NCBI GenBank assembly: GCA_030583845.1 | Contig: CP129478.1 | Coordinates: forward strand, 66,655-130,654 | Direction: 5' to 3' | From: Candidatus Dojkabacteria bacterium | Lineage (GTDB): Bacteria; Patescibacteriota; Dojkabacteria; SC72; JAHDCA01 | DNA: 64,000 nucleotides | Shown here: positions 9,499 to 19,634 of the stretch, in pieces | Layout: each line of letters opens with the position of its first letter | Numbering within the stretch: the first letter of the stretch is position 1 | Notes under the pieces: model-generated | The model's database searches: none | The model's input: the letters and a program-made list of their open reading frames with translations, nothing else | Told to the model about the DNA's origin: nothing | Made by a program: the position numbers and the translations under genes

Positions 9499-10383
9499 AT
9501 GACCGACTCCCATACACACCTTACATCCGATGAGATCTACCCAGAGGTAGACAGTTTTGTAAATCGTTTCATAGAAGCGGGAGGCAGCGCGCTACTAAAT
9601 GTGGCTCACAACATTGAGAGCATTAATCAATCGCTTGAGCTGCATCGAAAATATCAGGGCGATCCTAGATTTAGCTACCGTACATCAATCGGGCTTCATC
9701 CAGATAACTTTTCTGCGAACTCGCTTTACGGCAAGACCTACTCGACACACGAAGCAATAAAACCATTGTTGAAGAACCTGGAGGGCACAATCACACAGAA
9801 CCTTGAAAGCATAAGTGCGATCGGCGAAACAGGATTGGACTACTACAGATTCCCATACGATGAAGGACTTACGGCTGAGCAGATAAGCACAACATACGAA
9901 GTGCAGAAAAGCGCTTTTCGTTGGCACTTGGAGCTGGCGGACAGATTCACAAAGCCGCTTACAATTCATACGCGGGAGTCAAAAGGGCAAACTGAATGCA
10001 TAACTGATGCAATCAAGCTGGTCTCAGAAGTAGGCGAGGGCAGGCTAACAGGATCATTCCATAGCTTCACAGGAGAAGTGAAGTTCGTAGAAGACATACT
10101 AAATCTCGGCTTCTATATCGGATTTAATGGGATTATCACATATAGCTCGGCTGACGATGTAAGGGAGATATTAAAAGAGGTGCCACTAGAGAGGGTACTG
10201 CTAGAAACCGATGCCCCATTCCTTCCACCGCGCTCTGTACGCAATAAGAAAAATGCTGCCATCAGACATGGACAGCCTTCCGATATCTTAGAAATCGCCG
10301 AGAAAGTTGCCGAGGTGAAATCTATCTCGATACAGGAAGTGCTAAGAGTCACTACAGAAAACTTTACAAAGCTATTTGGGTAA
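9499..10383 (+). CDS. TatD-family metal-dependent DNase/hydrolase
   Basis: N-terminal DSHTHL (HxH) motif and conserved TatD-like His/Asp/Glu positions. Length 294 aa. Confidence 0.7.
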   Translation: MTDSHTHLTSDEIYPEVDSFVNRFIEAGGSALLNVAHNIESINQSLELHRKYQGDPRFSYRTSIGLHPDNFSANSLYGKTYSTHEAIKPLLKNLEGTITQNLESISAIGETGLDYYRFPYDEGLTAEQISTTYEVQKSAFRWHLELADRFTKPLTIHTRESKGQTECITDAIKLVSEVGEGRLTGSFHSFTGEVKFVEDILNLGFYIGFNGIITYSSADDVREILKEVPLERVLLETDAPFLPPRSVRNKKNAAIRHGQPSDILEIAEKVAEVKSISIQEVLRVTTENFTKLFG

Positions 10384-11139
10384 AATAGCCTTCTGAAGCC
10401 TCTCGTTAACGTCCGCGAGTTTAATGAATTTCTCATTAAACTGCTCAACAGTTATATTAGATGAACTTAATGCTTCATCCACCAGAAATTCTCCTACCCG
10501 TGTCCGTCTTAGCTGTGTAGCTGTAGCCATGCTCCCAAGGCCCCTTGCAAGATCAACTATCAATGTACGTACATATGTCCCAGTCGAGACTACTACCTTA
10601 AATTCCACCACTGGCCAATTGTACTGTGTGAGTTCCCAAGAGGATACTTTGATTTTTCTTGCTTCAAGCTGGTGAATTTCTCCCTTTCGTGCATATTTGT
10701 ATGATGGTTTTCCCGATATCTTCTTAGCTGAGTAAGCAGGAGGGGTCTGCAAAAGCTCTCCGGTCATGCCTTCTATCGCTGACCGTATATAATCTACTGT
10801 TGCGACCTTATCATCCTCAAGCTTGGCGATTACCTCACCGGTAGGATCTTGAGTATCCGTCTCATAACCAAAGGTTGCCTCAACCAGATACTCCTTCTCA
10901 AGGGCATGCAGGGTATCGTTTAGCTTCGTGGCTTTGCCAAGCATCACGATTAGAAGACCGCTAGCAAAAGGGTCCAATGTACCAGCATGACCTATCTTGA
11001 GCTGCCTACGCTCACGACCCTCAAGCCCGTACTGTTCAAACAGCATCTTCTTAAGCCGCCTGATCACATCATACGAGCTAATGCCTATCTCTTTGTCTAT
11101 AAGCATCACTCCGTTTAGCGATTTAATGTCCTGATCCAT
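10372..11139 (-). CDS. truB: tRNA pseudouridine55 synthase TruB
   Basis: GHAGTLDP catalytic-Asp motif. Length 255 aa. 12-nt convergent overlap with the TatD-like gene. Confidence 0.9.
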   Translation of the reverse strand: MDQDIKSLNGVMLIDKEIGISSYDVIRRLKKMLFEQYGLEGRERRQLKIGHAGTLDPFASGLLIVMLGKATKLNDTLHALEKEYLVEATFGYETDTQDPTGEVIAKLEDDKVATVDYIRSAIEGMTGELLQTPPAYSAKKISGKPSYKYARKGEIHQLEARKIKVSSWELTQYNWPVVEFKVVVSTGTYVRTLIVDLARGLGSMATATQLRRTRVGEFLVDEALSSSNITVEQFNEKFIKLADVNERLQKAILPK

Positions 11140-11170
11140 ACTATTTAATAATTAGCTATGCGGGCATTTA

Positions 11171-11794
11171 ATGAAATTTGATATAATTATACATAGCAAC
11201 ATCACTTTTAGCCTATACCTTACTATCATGCAAAGAGGAATCCTGTTAGGAATTATTCTACTAATACTTTTCATCATCTCAGGCTTTATACTGACAGTGG
11301 TAATAAGCAGGAAGCTTATGCCTCTCGCCTCAACTCCAAAAGCTATTCTACCTGAGATATTAAGCCACATGAAAATCGTTGCAGGACAGACGATCGTAGA
11401 GCTTGGTGCCGGCGACTTCAGGATCTTGATAAGTGCATGGAAAGTGTACAAAGCTAAAGGGGTAGGGTACGAGATCTCTCCAATCCTTGGCCTCATGGGG
11501 AAGTTAAAGAAGCTAGTTAAGATTGGGCCTTTTGCACCTGTAGACATCAATGTGGAGAATTTCTTCAAGGCAAACATCAACTCTGCAGACAAGCTCTTCT
11601 GCCACTTAAACTCTGTTGCGCTCTACTCATTGACCGAGAAGCTTGAGAAAGAGCTACAGCCAAACACAGAGCTATACACATATGAGCATCCGATCCCTAA
11701 TATCTCACATATCGAGGCGTTTGACCTGCAAAATGGTGCCAAACTGTTTATGTATAAGAAGGAGTCCTTCACCACACCGACCCATAGCAAGTAG
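11171..11794 (+). CDS. putative SAM-dependent methyltransferase with N-terminal TM helix
   Basis: VELGAGDFRIL glycine-rich motif I and an acidic motif II (GYEISP). Weak call. Confidence 0.3.
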   Translation: MKFDIIIHSNITFSLYLTIMQRGILLGIILLILFIISGFILTVVISRKLMPLASTPKAILPEILSHMKIVAGQTIVELGAGDFRILISAWKVYKAKGVGYEISPILGLMGKLKKLVKIGPFAPVDINVENFFKANINSADKLFCHLNSVALYSLTEKLEKELQPNTELYTYEHPIPNISHIEAFDLQNGAKLFMYKKESFTTPTHSK

Positions 11795-11904
11795 AAGATC
11801 TGATTTGGATTTATTATTGACACTCGTCAGACAGAGTTATACTCTACCTTGCATATCCACCCGCTATAGGTTAGCGTGGTGACCATTAAATTTAGTAGTC
11901 CGCT

Positions 11905-13125
11905 ATGGAGCCGTTAGCATCTCGCATGCGCCCCAAAACATTAGACGAGTTTGTTGGCCAGCAACATCTGGTAGGTCCAAGCTCGCCGATCAGAAGATTT
12001 ATGGAGTCTGGGCAGCTGCCTTCAATGATATTTTGGGGACCACCTGGTACCGGCAAGACGACATTGGCATACATTATCTCGCAAAGCTTGCTATACGATT
12101 TTTACAAGATGCAGGCGGTAAGCAGTGGGAAGGCAAAGCTGATGAGCATCATCAAGATCGCCAGACAGAACCAGGATTACAATAAGAAAACCGTGCTTTT
12201 CCTAGACGAGATCCATAGATGGAACAAAGCGCAACAAGATACCCTGCTCCCGTATGTAGAGAAAGGGATTATCACCCTTATTGGAGCTACCACAGAGAAT
12301 CCCTCATTTACTATAAATAACGCCTTGCTCTCTAGGACAAAAGTATTTCTTTTCCACCCGCACACAGCGGAGGATATCGAGCTTCTACTCAAGCGAGCTG
12401 CGAAAGAGCTCAAGATCAAGATAAGAAAGCCGCTAATCGAGAGCATCGCAGATAGTGCAGATGGAGATATACGCAATGCTTACAACACACTTGAGATGGC
12501 CGAGATGCTCGCCCGCCAAGAGAGCCCATCTTCCATTAAAGGCACAGAAAACAAACAGCCTGAGATCACCAAGGAGCTTCTTGCCGCTGCAGTACAGAAG
12601 CAGCTGATGCACGACAGAGATGGAGAAGAACATTACAACATTATCTCTGCGATCCATAAATCTATGCGCTCGTCCGATCCAGATGCAGCGGTATATTGGA
12701 TAACAAGGATGCTAGTAGCAGGAGATGACCCGCTATATATTGCAAGAAGGTTGCTCCGCTTTGCGAGTGAAGATATCGGTAATGCCGACCCTCAAGCATT
12801 GATCTTGGCCAACTCTGTGTTTGAGGCATGCCAGAAGCTAGGTATGCCCGAGTGTGCTGTTCACCTCACACAGCTAGGTATCTACCTGGCTAACGCACCG
12901 AAAGACAACAGCGCATATGTTGCTTCTCAGCTGGCGACGGAAGATGTAAGGGTACATGGTAATCTTCCAGTGCCACTCCACATTCGCAATGCACCGACCA
13001 AACTCATGAAACAGCTCGGCTATAGCAAGGGGTATGTGTATGACCACGACGTCAAAGGGAAAAAGTCTGGTCAGCAATGCCTGCCTGACAAGCTGGTCGG
13101 CCGCAAGTATGTTAAGCCGAATTAA
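11905..13125 (+). CDS. rarA: replication-associated recombination protein A (RarA/MgsA AAA+ ATPase)
   Basis: Walker A GPPGTGKTT and Walker B LFLDEIHR. C-terminal MgsA domain. Confidence 0.9.
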   Translation: MEPLASRMRPKTLDEFVGQQHLVGPSSPIRRFMESGQLPSMIFWGPPGTGKTTLAYIISQSLLYDFYKMQAVSSGKAKLMSIIKIARQNQDYNKKTVLFLDEIHRWNKAQQDTLLPYVEKGIITLIGATTENPSFTINNALLSRTKVFLFHPHTAEDIELLLKRAAKELKIKIRKPLIESIADSADGDIRNAYNTLEMAEMLARQESPSSIKGTENKQPEITKELLAAAVQKQLMHDRDGEEHYNIISAIHKSMRSSDPDAAVYWITRMLVAGDDPLYIARRLLRFASEDIGNADPQALILANSVFEACQKLGMPECAVHLTQLGIYLANAPKDNSAYVASQLATEDVRVHGNLPVPLHIRNAPTKLMKQLGYSKGYVYDHDVKGKKSGQQCLPDKLVGRKYVKPN

Positions 13126-14026
13126 CAAAGCTTTTCAGAGCGTTTATCGTCAACTCGGGGATTACGAAGCCTCTCTTTACCAGGTTATCATTTAGTGACC
13201 ATAGCCACCTTGTATCCACAAGTACAGCCCCTCTGTCAGCCATAAATAGATTTTCTGTCTTCCAAACCCAATCACCTACAGATGATGCGAGATATTTTGG
13301 TCTGAGGTCGGGCACATACCCTTTGGTTGCTGCAAATGCCAGCACAGCTATCGCGAAGAGCAGCAGCTGACTCTTTTGCTCTGTTGTGACACTTTCAACA
13401 GAGTAGAGTGGCTTACCTTCCACATGCTGCTGGAAGATGTAGGATGTATTTTTGCCTCTACCAGACCTGTGCATAGCCGGACCGTACAGCAGGTACTCCT
13501 TTGGCAAATAGTTGTGAGCTCTTAGGAATTTGCTGCTGGCGACATCAACTTTAAACTGTGCTGAGATGTTAAGGTTAAACTCTCTCTCCACCAGCTGAAT
13601 ATATACCTCAAGATTCGACCTAAACTCCTTCTGTACTGCAAATATTTTCTCTCTGTACAGATGAGTGTATGCTTTCTCACTCTCAAAATAGCCAAGAAAT
13701 TTCGACAGCTCGAGATACTTGTTGTACTGGTCAATGATCTGCCCTTCACTCGGCAGGAATCTGAGTCTGAATAAAGATAGGAAGCTTTCGGTCAATTTAG
13801 CATGCACCGGCAGGGTCAGCTTCCTGATAATTTCAAAATCTAGATCCCATCGACCCTCTTTCACAACCCACCCTAAGCCACGGATTACATACACACGTGA
13901 AAAATGACCCTTGCCAATAGGTTGTAGCTCGTACTGCGAGAGTAATTGACCAAGGTCGGTTGGCACCAGATTCTGGCCAACTCCATAATAGGCGTGTTGC
14001 CTTAGATACTCTTCGAATTTTAGCAA
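13112..14026 (-). CDS. protein-kinase-like fold protein (atypical)
   Basis: Gly-rich loop IGKGHFSRVY. A VVK lysine motif. A catalytic-loop-like VPDLRPKY, compared with the canonical HRDLKPEN. Confidence 0.35.
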   Translation of the reverse strand: MLKFEEYLRQHAYYGVGQNLVPTDLGQLLSQYELQPIGKGHFSRVYVIRGLGWVVKEGRWDLDFEIIRKLTLPVHAKLTESFLSLFRLRFLPSEGQIIDQYNKYLELSKFLGYFESEKAYTHLYREKIFAVQKEFRSNLEVYIQLVEREFNLNISAQFKVDVASSKFLRAHNYLPKEYLLYGPAMHRSGRGKNTSYIFQQHVEGKPLYSVESVTTEQKSQLLLFAIAVLAFAATKGYVPDLRPKYLASSVGDWVWKTENLFMADRGAVLVDTRWLWSLNDNLVKRGFVIPELTINALKSFVNSA

Positions 14027-14044
14027 TTGGTGAGCAGTAAGAGG

Positions 14045-15457
14045 TTATGGTTGAGCGGTTACAGTGTCAAATTTTTCTATATCACCGCTACTTAATTCAT
14101 AATAGTAAAATCCACCCACCGATTCAACAATTATATAGCCTCGCTCTGTATTAACAGCTGCAACGACTACGTTGGCGATTTGTGGATTCTCCGTTGGTAA
14201 ATAGACTGTCCTATCTTCGAAACTGAGAAATTGATCTAAGAGTGAGACCTCCCTGCCTGTTGGTGTAACAGCCTCAACCAGCAGTTCTGTTGAGCTTAGT
14301 GGCCAGCCACTGCTTATCTTGATTGGGCTCTTCAATACGTTGCTTGAGCCATCGTCTAGGCTCACGATGTTGGTAAAGTACTCGCCAGTTACAATTGAAT
14401 CCACGGTTAGCACATATCTATTCCCGGGCAACCACGCACTGCTATATTGAAGTTCCTCACCGTCAGAGTATCTGTCTGCGAGCTGCGAGATATCCGCGAC
14501 GATAATCTCACTCTCACCGCTCATTGTGTAGATATCGAAATATTTATATACAAATGACCTACCGTCATCTGAAAGATCTAATGTGATATTCAACAAGTCA
14601 TTCCCATGGAGCGAAGCATAGCCCCGTCTATTAAAATCAATTGTGGAGATATTCGACTTATTAAGGTCTATTGATTCGATGCTCTCTATTGTATCTGGTG
14701 CTGCAGGGTTAACCAGAATGCTTAGATCTCTAAGATACAGCTCGCCGATCTTAGTACGTGTTGGTATGTCGTAATTAACAAAGTAGATAGACATCTCTAC
14801 ATCAGTACAGTTGTTGCAGATATTTCTCTTTAGCGTGGTTGCGCTTAAGAATCTTGCTTCCAACAGTCCGACAATATTGCCATCATCCGAGACATCATAG
14901 TCAATAACCAGGCTACCTTCAGAGTTAACATTGGCAGTGCTACCATCATCACGAGAGTAGTAAATAGCGTTATATCCTTCAAATGTTTTATCTGTCTCAA
15001 GAAGCGGTACCGACATACTTCCTTCAGTCAAAGCTACAACGGTATCAGCGGCTCCTCGATAGATAAATTCGCGACCAATATAGCCTTGCTCGGTAGATTG
15101 GTTCGTCGTTACAGCAGACTTCGAGCTCTGATTCCCGTCGGTGTATTTCAGCTCAAATGAAGTCTCCTCAAATTTGAGCGTGCCAGCTGTAAAATTCCTC
15201 TGGCTATCGTCTTCAACTGGACGACCCTCAATAAATGTCTGCTTAACATACTGGTTGCTCTCTGTCTCAACGGCTTGCGCCTTATCTGTTTCTGCCTCAG
15301 TTATACGTGCAATATAGCCATCCATGTCTATGAATGGGAAAACCGCAAAGCGGAGCAGTAAGGCAATTAGCAAAACAGCGCCAACAACTATGTACTTAAG
15401 ATACTTTCGCATAGTAGAATTGTAGCACATACTGTCGTACCGATCGGCCGCCTCCAC
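14045..15457 (-). CDS. hypothetical secreted/membrane-anchored protein
   Basis: 470 aa. N-terminal TM/signal anchor followed by a large extracytoplasmic region. Confidence 0.35.
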   Translation of the reverse strand: MEAADRYDSMCYNSTMRKYLKYIVVGAVLLIALLLRFAVFPFIDMDGYIARITEAETDKAQAVETESNQYVKQTFIEGRPVEDDSQRNFTAGTLKFEETSFELKYTDGNQSSKSAVTTNQSTEQGYIGREFIYRGAADTVVALTEGSMSVPLLETDKTFEGYNAIYYSRDDGSTANVNSEGSLVIDYDVSDDGNIVGLLEARFLSATTLKRNICNNCTDVEMSIYFVNYDIPTRTKIGELYLRDLSILVNPAAPDTIESIESIDLNKSNISTIDFNRRGYASLHGNDLLNITLDLSDDGRSFVYKYFDIYTMSGESEIIVADISQLADRYSDGEELQYSSAWLPGNRYVLTVDSIVTGEYFTNIVSLDDGSSNVLKSPIKISSGWPLSSTELLVEAVTPTGREVSLLDQFLSFEDRTVYLPTENPQIANVVVAAVNTERGYIIVESVGGFYYYELSSGDIEKFDTVTAQP

Positions 15458-15525
15458 ACATCATTCGATGGTGCCCACGGAGGTGCAAAAGAGAGGAAAG
15501 CAGCGATAAGTTTAACTATCAAGGT

Positions 15526-16758
15526 ATGAAAAGTGAGATGCACGAGGTTAAGAAGGATAAGGAGATAATTGACCTGATCTTGGACAAAGCAGTCGAAGAG
15601 ATCTTGCCATCACGCGAGGCACTCGAGGCAGCACTGATGTCCGGCAAACGACTGAAAGTATATATTGGTATAGATCCAACTGCTGATACATTGCACATCG
15701 GGCATACAGTCAGCATGCGTAGGCTTGAATATTTTAGACAGCTCGGTCACGAGGCGATACTCCTAATAGGTGACTTCACTGCACGTATTGGCGATCCAGA
15801 CAAGAAAGATACGAGGTCGCAGCTCACAGCCGAACAGGTTGCCGACAATTTAAAGCTTTATACTGAGCAAGCAAAGGCAATAATAAAGATCGACGACGAA
15901 TGGAACCCAGTCAAAGTGCTTTTCAATAACGATTGGCTTGGTCAGATGAAATTTGGAGATGTAGTACAGCTTGCCTCGAATTTCACAGTACAGCAGATGC
16001 TCAAGCGTGATCTATTCCAGAAGAGAATCGCTGAAGATAAGCCGCTATATGTGCACGAGTTTTTCTACCCAATGATGCAAGGGTGGGACTCAGTAGCGAT
16101 GGATATAGATGTTGAGATCGGTGGGAATGACCAACTCTTCAATATGCTAGCAGGCAGGCAGCTTGTGCAAACACATCTGAAGAAAGAGAAGTTTGTGGTC
16201 GCAGGAAAGCTGCTCACAACCGCAGACGGGACGAAGATGGGCAAGAGCGAGGGTAATATGGTAAAGCTTTCTGATAGCGCCGAAGAGATCTATGGCAAGA
16301 TTATGGCACTACCTGATAGCTCAATCGTCCAAGGCTTCGAGCTCTTAACCGACTCAAGCATGGAGCGAGTCAGAGAGACAGAAAACTCATTGGGAGGCAG
16401 TGATGCTAACCCGCTACAGTACAAAAAGATGCTGGCATTGGAAGTAACATCAGCCCTGAAAGGCGATGAAGCGGCGAAGAGGGCTGAGCAATACTTCGTG
16501 AGCGTGTTTCAGGAGAAGAACTACGAGGTAGATATACCGACGGTTAAAGTCGATTCGCAGACAATCAATATCTTAGCGCTAATTGTTGATGGGGCGAAGT
16601 TTGCCGAAAGTAAATCGCAAGCACGTCGACTAGTAGAGCAGGGTGCGGTCTATTTTGCCAACGAGAAAATCAGTGACTGGAACCATGAGGTCACGGTAAA
16701 TGCAGAAGGTGCAGTACTAAAAGTAGGTAGACAGGTGGCGAATATCACCACCGCCTAG
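15526..16758 (+). CDS. tyrS: tyrosine--tRNA ligase
   Basis: HIGH (LHIGHTV) and KMSKS (KMGKS) class-I motifs. C-terminal S4-like domain. Confidence 0.9.
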   Translation: MKSEMHEVKKDKEIIDLILDKAVEEILPSREALEAALMSGKRLKVYIGIDPTADTLHIGHTVSMRRLEYFRQLGHEAILLIGDFTARIGDPDKKDTRSQLTAEQVADNLKLYTEQAKAIIKIDDEWNPVKVLFNNDWLGQMKFGDVVQLASNFTVQQMLKRDLFQKRIAEDKPLYVHEFFYPMMQGWDSVAMDIDVEIGGNDQLFNMLAGRQLVQTHLKKEKFVVAGKLLTTADGTKMGKSEGNMVKLSDSAEEIYGKIMALPDSSIVQGFELLTDSSMERVRETENSLGGSDANPLQYKKMLALEVTSALKGDEAAKRAEQYFVSVFQEKNYEVDIPTVKVDSQTINILALIVDGAKFAESKSQARRLVEQGAVYFANEKISDWNHEVTVNAEGAVLKVGRQVANITTA

Positions 16759-16772
16759 TCACTTTCGATTAA

Positions 16773-17132
16773 TTACTCTGTTTCAAGCATCCCTAAACTT
16801 TCTAGAAGTTGGCGAGCATACTCGATGTAGATCTCAGGCGTAATATACTCATACTCGTCCGTCGTGCAGTCAGGAGGGTTCGCATCCTCTACACAGTATG
16901 GCGATGCTTCAGCTTTGACCGAATCTACCCGAATATAAAACTCATCATTAATTACCATATTGTAGTTATCGTTGAAGTATCCATGCCCAAACGATCCCTC
17001 TCCCAAGATATAATGCTCTACCTCACGGACACTCCCCAATATCTCAATCGGTGGAAACTCTGCAGGGTTTATTGATTCCGGCTCGCCTGGCGTGTATGTA
17101 ATGTTCGACTCAGTCTCTGAGAATAGCACCAC
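16773..17132 (-). CDS. hypothetical protein
   Basis: 119-aa acidic ORF with no recognisable motif. Confidence 0.25.
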   Translation of the reverse strand: MVLFSETESNITYTPGEPESINPAEFPPIEILGSVREVEHYILGEGSFGHGYFNDNYNMVINDEFYIRVDSVKAEASPYCVEDANPPDCTTDEYEYITPEIYIEYARQLLESLGMLETE

Positions 17133-17364
17133 GCTGTATGCACTTGCCTTATCGGTTGTACTATCTTTTATATTTGCAGTGATTTCCAGATACCTATTAG
17201 CGTATCACCATCAAAATCTGTCCTTACTTGGAATACCTCAGGATATCTGAAAGTAATGCCTCCAAAGATAGAAGCGTCTTCATATGTATACCAATCCATC
17301 TCTTTCTCGACTTCGACTACTCTCTCGACAACTTCAGGCTCTGTTTCAGCTTCTTCACTATTGA

Positions 17365-17580
17365 TCATCCTGTCTCTTCTTCTACTGGATCGCCGGATAT
17401 CACAGCAGCTGTTTTATCGCGCAGGGCATCGAACTCATCAGCCATAAAGAGGCCTCCAATAAATGCCGACGCTATAAAAAGCAGCAGAAGTACCCCTCCT
17501 ACCAGAAGCATAACTGTTTTTAATCTAGACTTCTTCTTTGGAGTCTTATACATTTCATCGTTAATCTTTTCCTGAGGCAT
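17365..17580 (-). CDS. hypothetical small membrane protein
   Basis: 71 aa with a single TM (VMLLVGGVLLLLFIASAFIGGLF). Confidence 0.3.
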   Translation of the reverse strand: MPQEKINDEMYKTPKKKSRLKTVMLLVGGVLLLLFIASAFIGGLFMADEFDALRDKTAAVISGDPVEEETG

Positions 17581-17811
17581 ACAGATTGATTTAACAAATT
17601 ATCCGTAGATCGTTTCCGATCACTTATCCATATTACTATACGTGTTAGATGATTAGAAGACAGAGCAACTTCTTGCTTTTAACATCATTTCTGTTTAGAA
17701 TGTCCGCGTGATAACAAAGAATACATCGACAACTCAAAAGCAGATTCTACTTACTTTCAGAACTTAAACCACCTGACGGGGATTGATGCTTGTTGATAAA
17801 ATAGAGAAAGA

Positions 17812-17834
17812 GATCCCCGGAAGGGGATTTTTTA
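17812..17834 (+). terminator. intrinsic-terminator-like hairpin in the relA leader (ATCCCCGGAAGGGGAT plus T6)
   Basis: GC-rich 6-bp stem, a tetraloop and TTTTTT sit 20 nt upstream of the relA ATG. The upstream CGGGGAT (17777-17783) can pair alternatively with the 5' half of the stem. Confidence 0.5.
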
Positions 17835-17853
17835 TTGGACTAAAGGAAATACG

Positions 17854-19380
17854 ATGACTAGTAGCAATATAAGAATAAAAAAGAACCATTTGGATAAAAA
17901 ACTTCTAATCGATGTGATAATGGAGAAGGTTCCGACGCAGTATCACTCGCTACTTATTGAGGCATTGCAATTTGCAGAGGAGGTTCACAAAGACCAGATT
18001 CGTAAATCAGGGGAGCCGTTCCTGTTCCACCCGCTAAATGTGGCCGCAATTGTGGCGGAGATAAATCTTGATACAGACTCAATTATCGCTGCATTGTTGC
18101 ACAACTGCTTTAAAGAAAAGAGCGCGCAAGAGATTCGCGAGTTATCTAGAGAAATCGAGGAAAAGTTTGGCGAAGAGGTGCTGAAAATGGTAAAGAATAT
18201 AGATCGTTTTTCTGCAGGGACACGCAGTGAAACAGATGCTGCCGTTATCACGAAATACATAATGGCCTGCACTGATGACATAAGGCTTGTCTTAATAAAA
18301 CTGGCTGACAGACTCCACAATAGCAGAACCATTGATGCTTTAACTGCAGAACAGCAGCAGAAAGCTGCTAAGAATATTATCAACATTTACAGTCCGCTCT
18401 GTACATACCTCAACCTATACGACTTTAAGAAGGAGTTGGAAGAAACTGCATTTAAAATCATGGATCCAAAGAAATTTGAGCTAATCGACAAGAGACTTAC
18501 AAAGCTGAAGATCAATGATCATGCCGAGATTTTGAAGATCAAGAAGCGCCTCGCCGATCTGCTCAGCCCATACGGAATGCATCCAATCATCTATGGACGT
18601 ATTAAAGGCCACTACAGTATCCACACCAAGCTGAAAGATAAGGGTGTAAGCAAGAATTTCCGCTTGGAAGATATCAAGGATTTGATGGCCTTCACGATCC
18701 TCGTAGATAAGGTGGAGGAGTGCTACAAAGTTGCAGAAATAGTAGTCAAAAATAGCGACATAGATATGTCGGAATACGATGACTATATCCGTCATCCGAA
18801 AAAGAACGGATATCGTGCGATTCATATTCAGACAAGCTTCGCTGATATGGGGGTAAGAGCTTTCGAGGTGCAGATAAAGACCGAGGAGATGCATCAGTAC
18901 AATATGTACGGTCCTGCTTCTCACATCGTTTATAAGATCGAGAGGGAGCTTGGCAAAGGCAACCCACGTGAGTATTACTGGGTGAAAGAATTGCATAAGA
19001 GCCTGTACGAGTACCAACAAATTAAGAAGTCACGCTCTATTCCTATCCGTTCAGATATCTTCAAAAACAAAGTATTCGTATTTACACCACAGAACCGGCT
19101 AATTGAACTGCCAGTAGGTTCTACTGTTGTTGATTTCGCTTATGAAATCCACAGCGATCTCGGCAACAAAATGACTGGTTGCAGGCTGAACGGACGAAAG
19201 AGCAAGGTCTGGACAATGCTTGCGACTGGAGATCTGGTCGAAGTTATTACAGACGAGAGCCAGGAGCTACCCGATAGGGAATGGCTCAAGTTTGTGCGCA
19301 CTAGGAAAGCGCGCGAGGCAATTGAGAGCGCAATCAGCAGGAATTCTGAGGGGGTGAAGTTTACCCACACGATACAGTAG
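17854..19380 (+). CDS. relA: (p)ppGpp synthetase RelA/SpoT-family with a TGS domain and no ACT domain
   Basis: Synthetase motifs GRIKGHYSIHTKL and GYRAIHIQT. TGS domain (VFVFTPQNRLIELPVGSTVVDFAY). The HD-domain signature reads HN (AALLHNCF), so the hydrolase half is probably inactive. Confidence 0.85.
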   Translation: MTSSNIRIKKNHLDKKLLIDVIMEKVPTQYHSLLIEALQFAEEVHKDQIRKSGEPFLFHPLNVAAIVAEINLDTDSIIAALLHNCFKEKSAQEIRELSREIEEKFGEEVLKMVKNIDRFSAGTRSETDAAVITKYIMACTDDIRLVLIKLADRLHNSRTIDALTAEQQQKAAKNIINIYSPLCTYLNLYDFKKELEETAFKIMDPKKFELIDKRLTKLKINDHAEILKIKKRLADLLSPYGMHPIIYGRIKGHYSIHTKLKDKGVSKNFRLEDIKDLMAFTILVDKVEECYKVAEIVVKNSDIDMSEYDDYIRHPKKNGYRAIHIQTSFADMGVRAFEVQIKTEEMHQYNMYGPASHIVYKIERELGKGNPREYYWVKELHKSLYEYQQIKKSRSIPIRSDIFKNKVFVFTPQNRLIELPVGSTVVDFAYEIHSDLGNKMTGCRLNGRKSKVWTMLATGDLVEVITDESQELPDREWLKFVRTRKAREAIESAISRNSEGVKFTHTIQ

Positions 19381-19426
19381 TCAGCATCTTCCCAAACAGA
19401 GTGCAATAAGCTACTATCATCAAGAT

Positions 19427-19543
19427 ATGACGAAGAAATCAAGAGAGAAAATAAACAAAACAATAACAATCATTCTCGGAATTGCCTTCCTGGCCTCAAT
19501 AGTATTCCCAGTGGTTGCTGCTGTTACAGACATCCTGAACTAA
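19427..19543 (+). CDS. possible 38-aa hydrophobic peptide
   Basis: ATG...TAA ORF (MTKKSREKINKTITIILGIAFLASIVFPVVAAVTDILN) in the relA-recG spacer, below the ORF-track length cutoff. Confidence 0.2.
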   Translation: MTKKSREKINKTITIILGIAFLASIVFPVVAAVTDILN

Positions 19544-19634
19544 TACCCACAAGTAGCTAGCGATTTAGCCTCAAAGAGTCGATTAGTAACATGGCCGAGT
19601 GGTCGGGCTAATCCTAATGTTGTAAAATTCCTGT

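Noticed and set aside
19544-19634. GGCCGAGTGGTCGGGC segment upstream of recG, considered as a tRNA D-arm
   Set aside because: No downstream anticodon or T-arm is compatible with a tRNA. It fits better as a short palindrome related to the hisS-upstream repeat.
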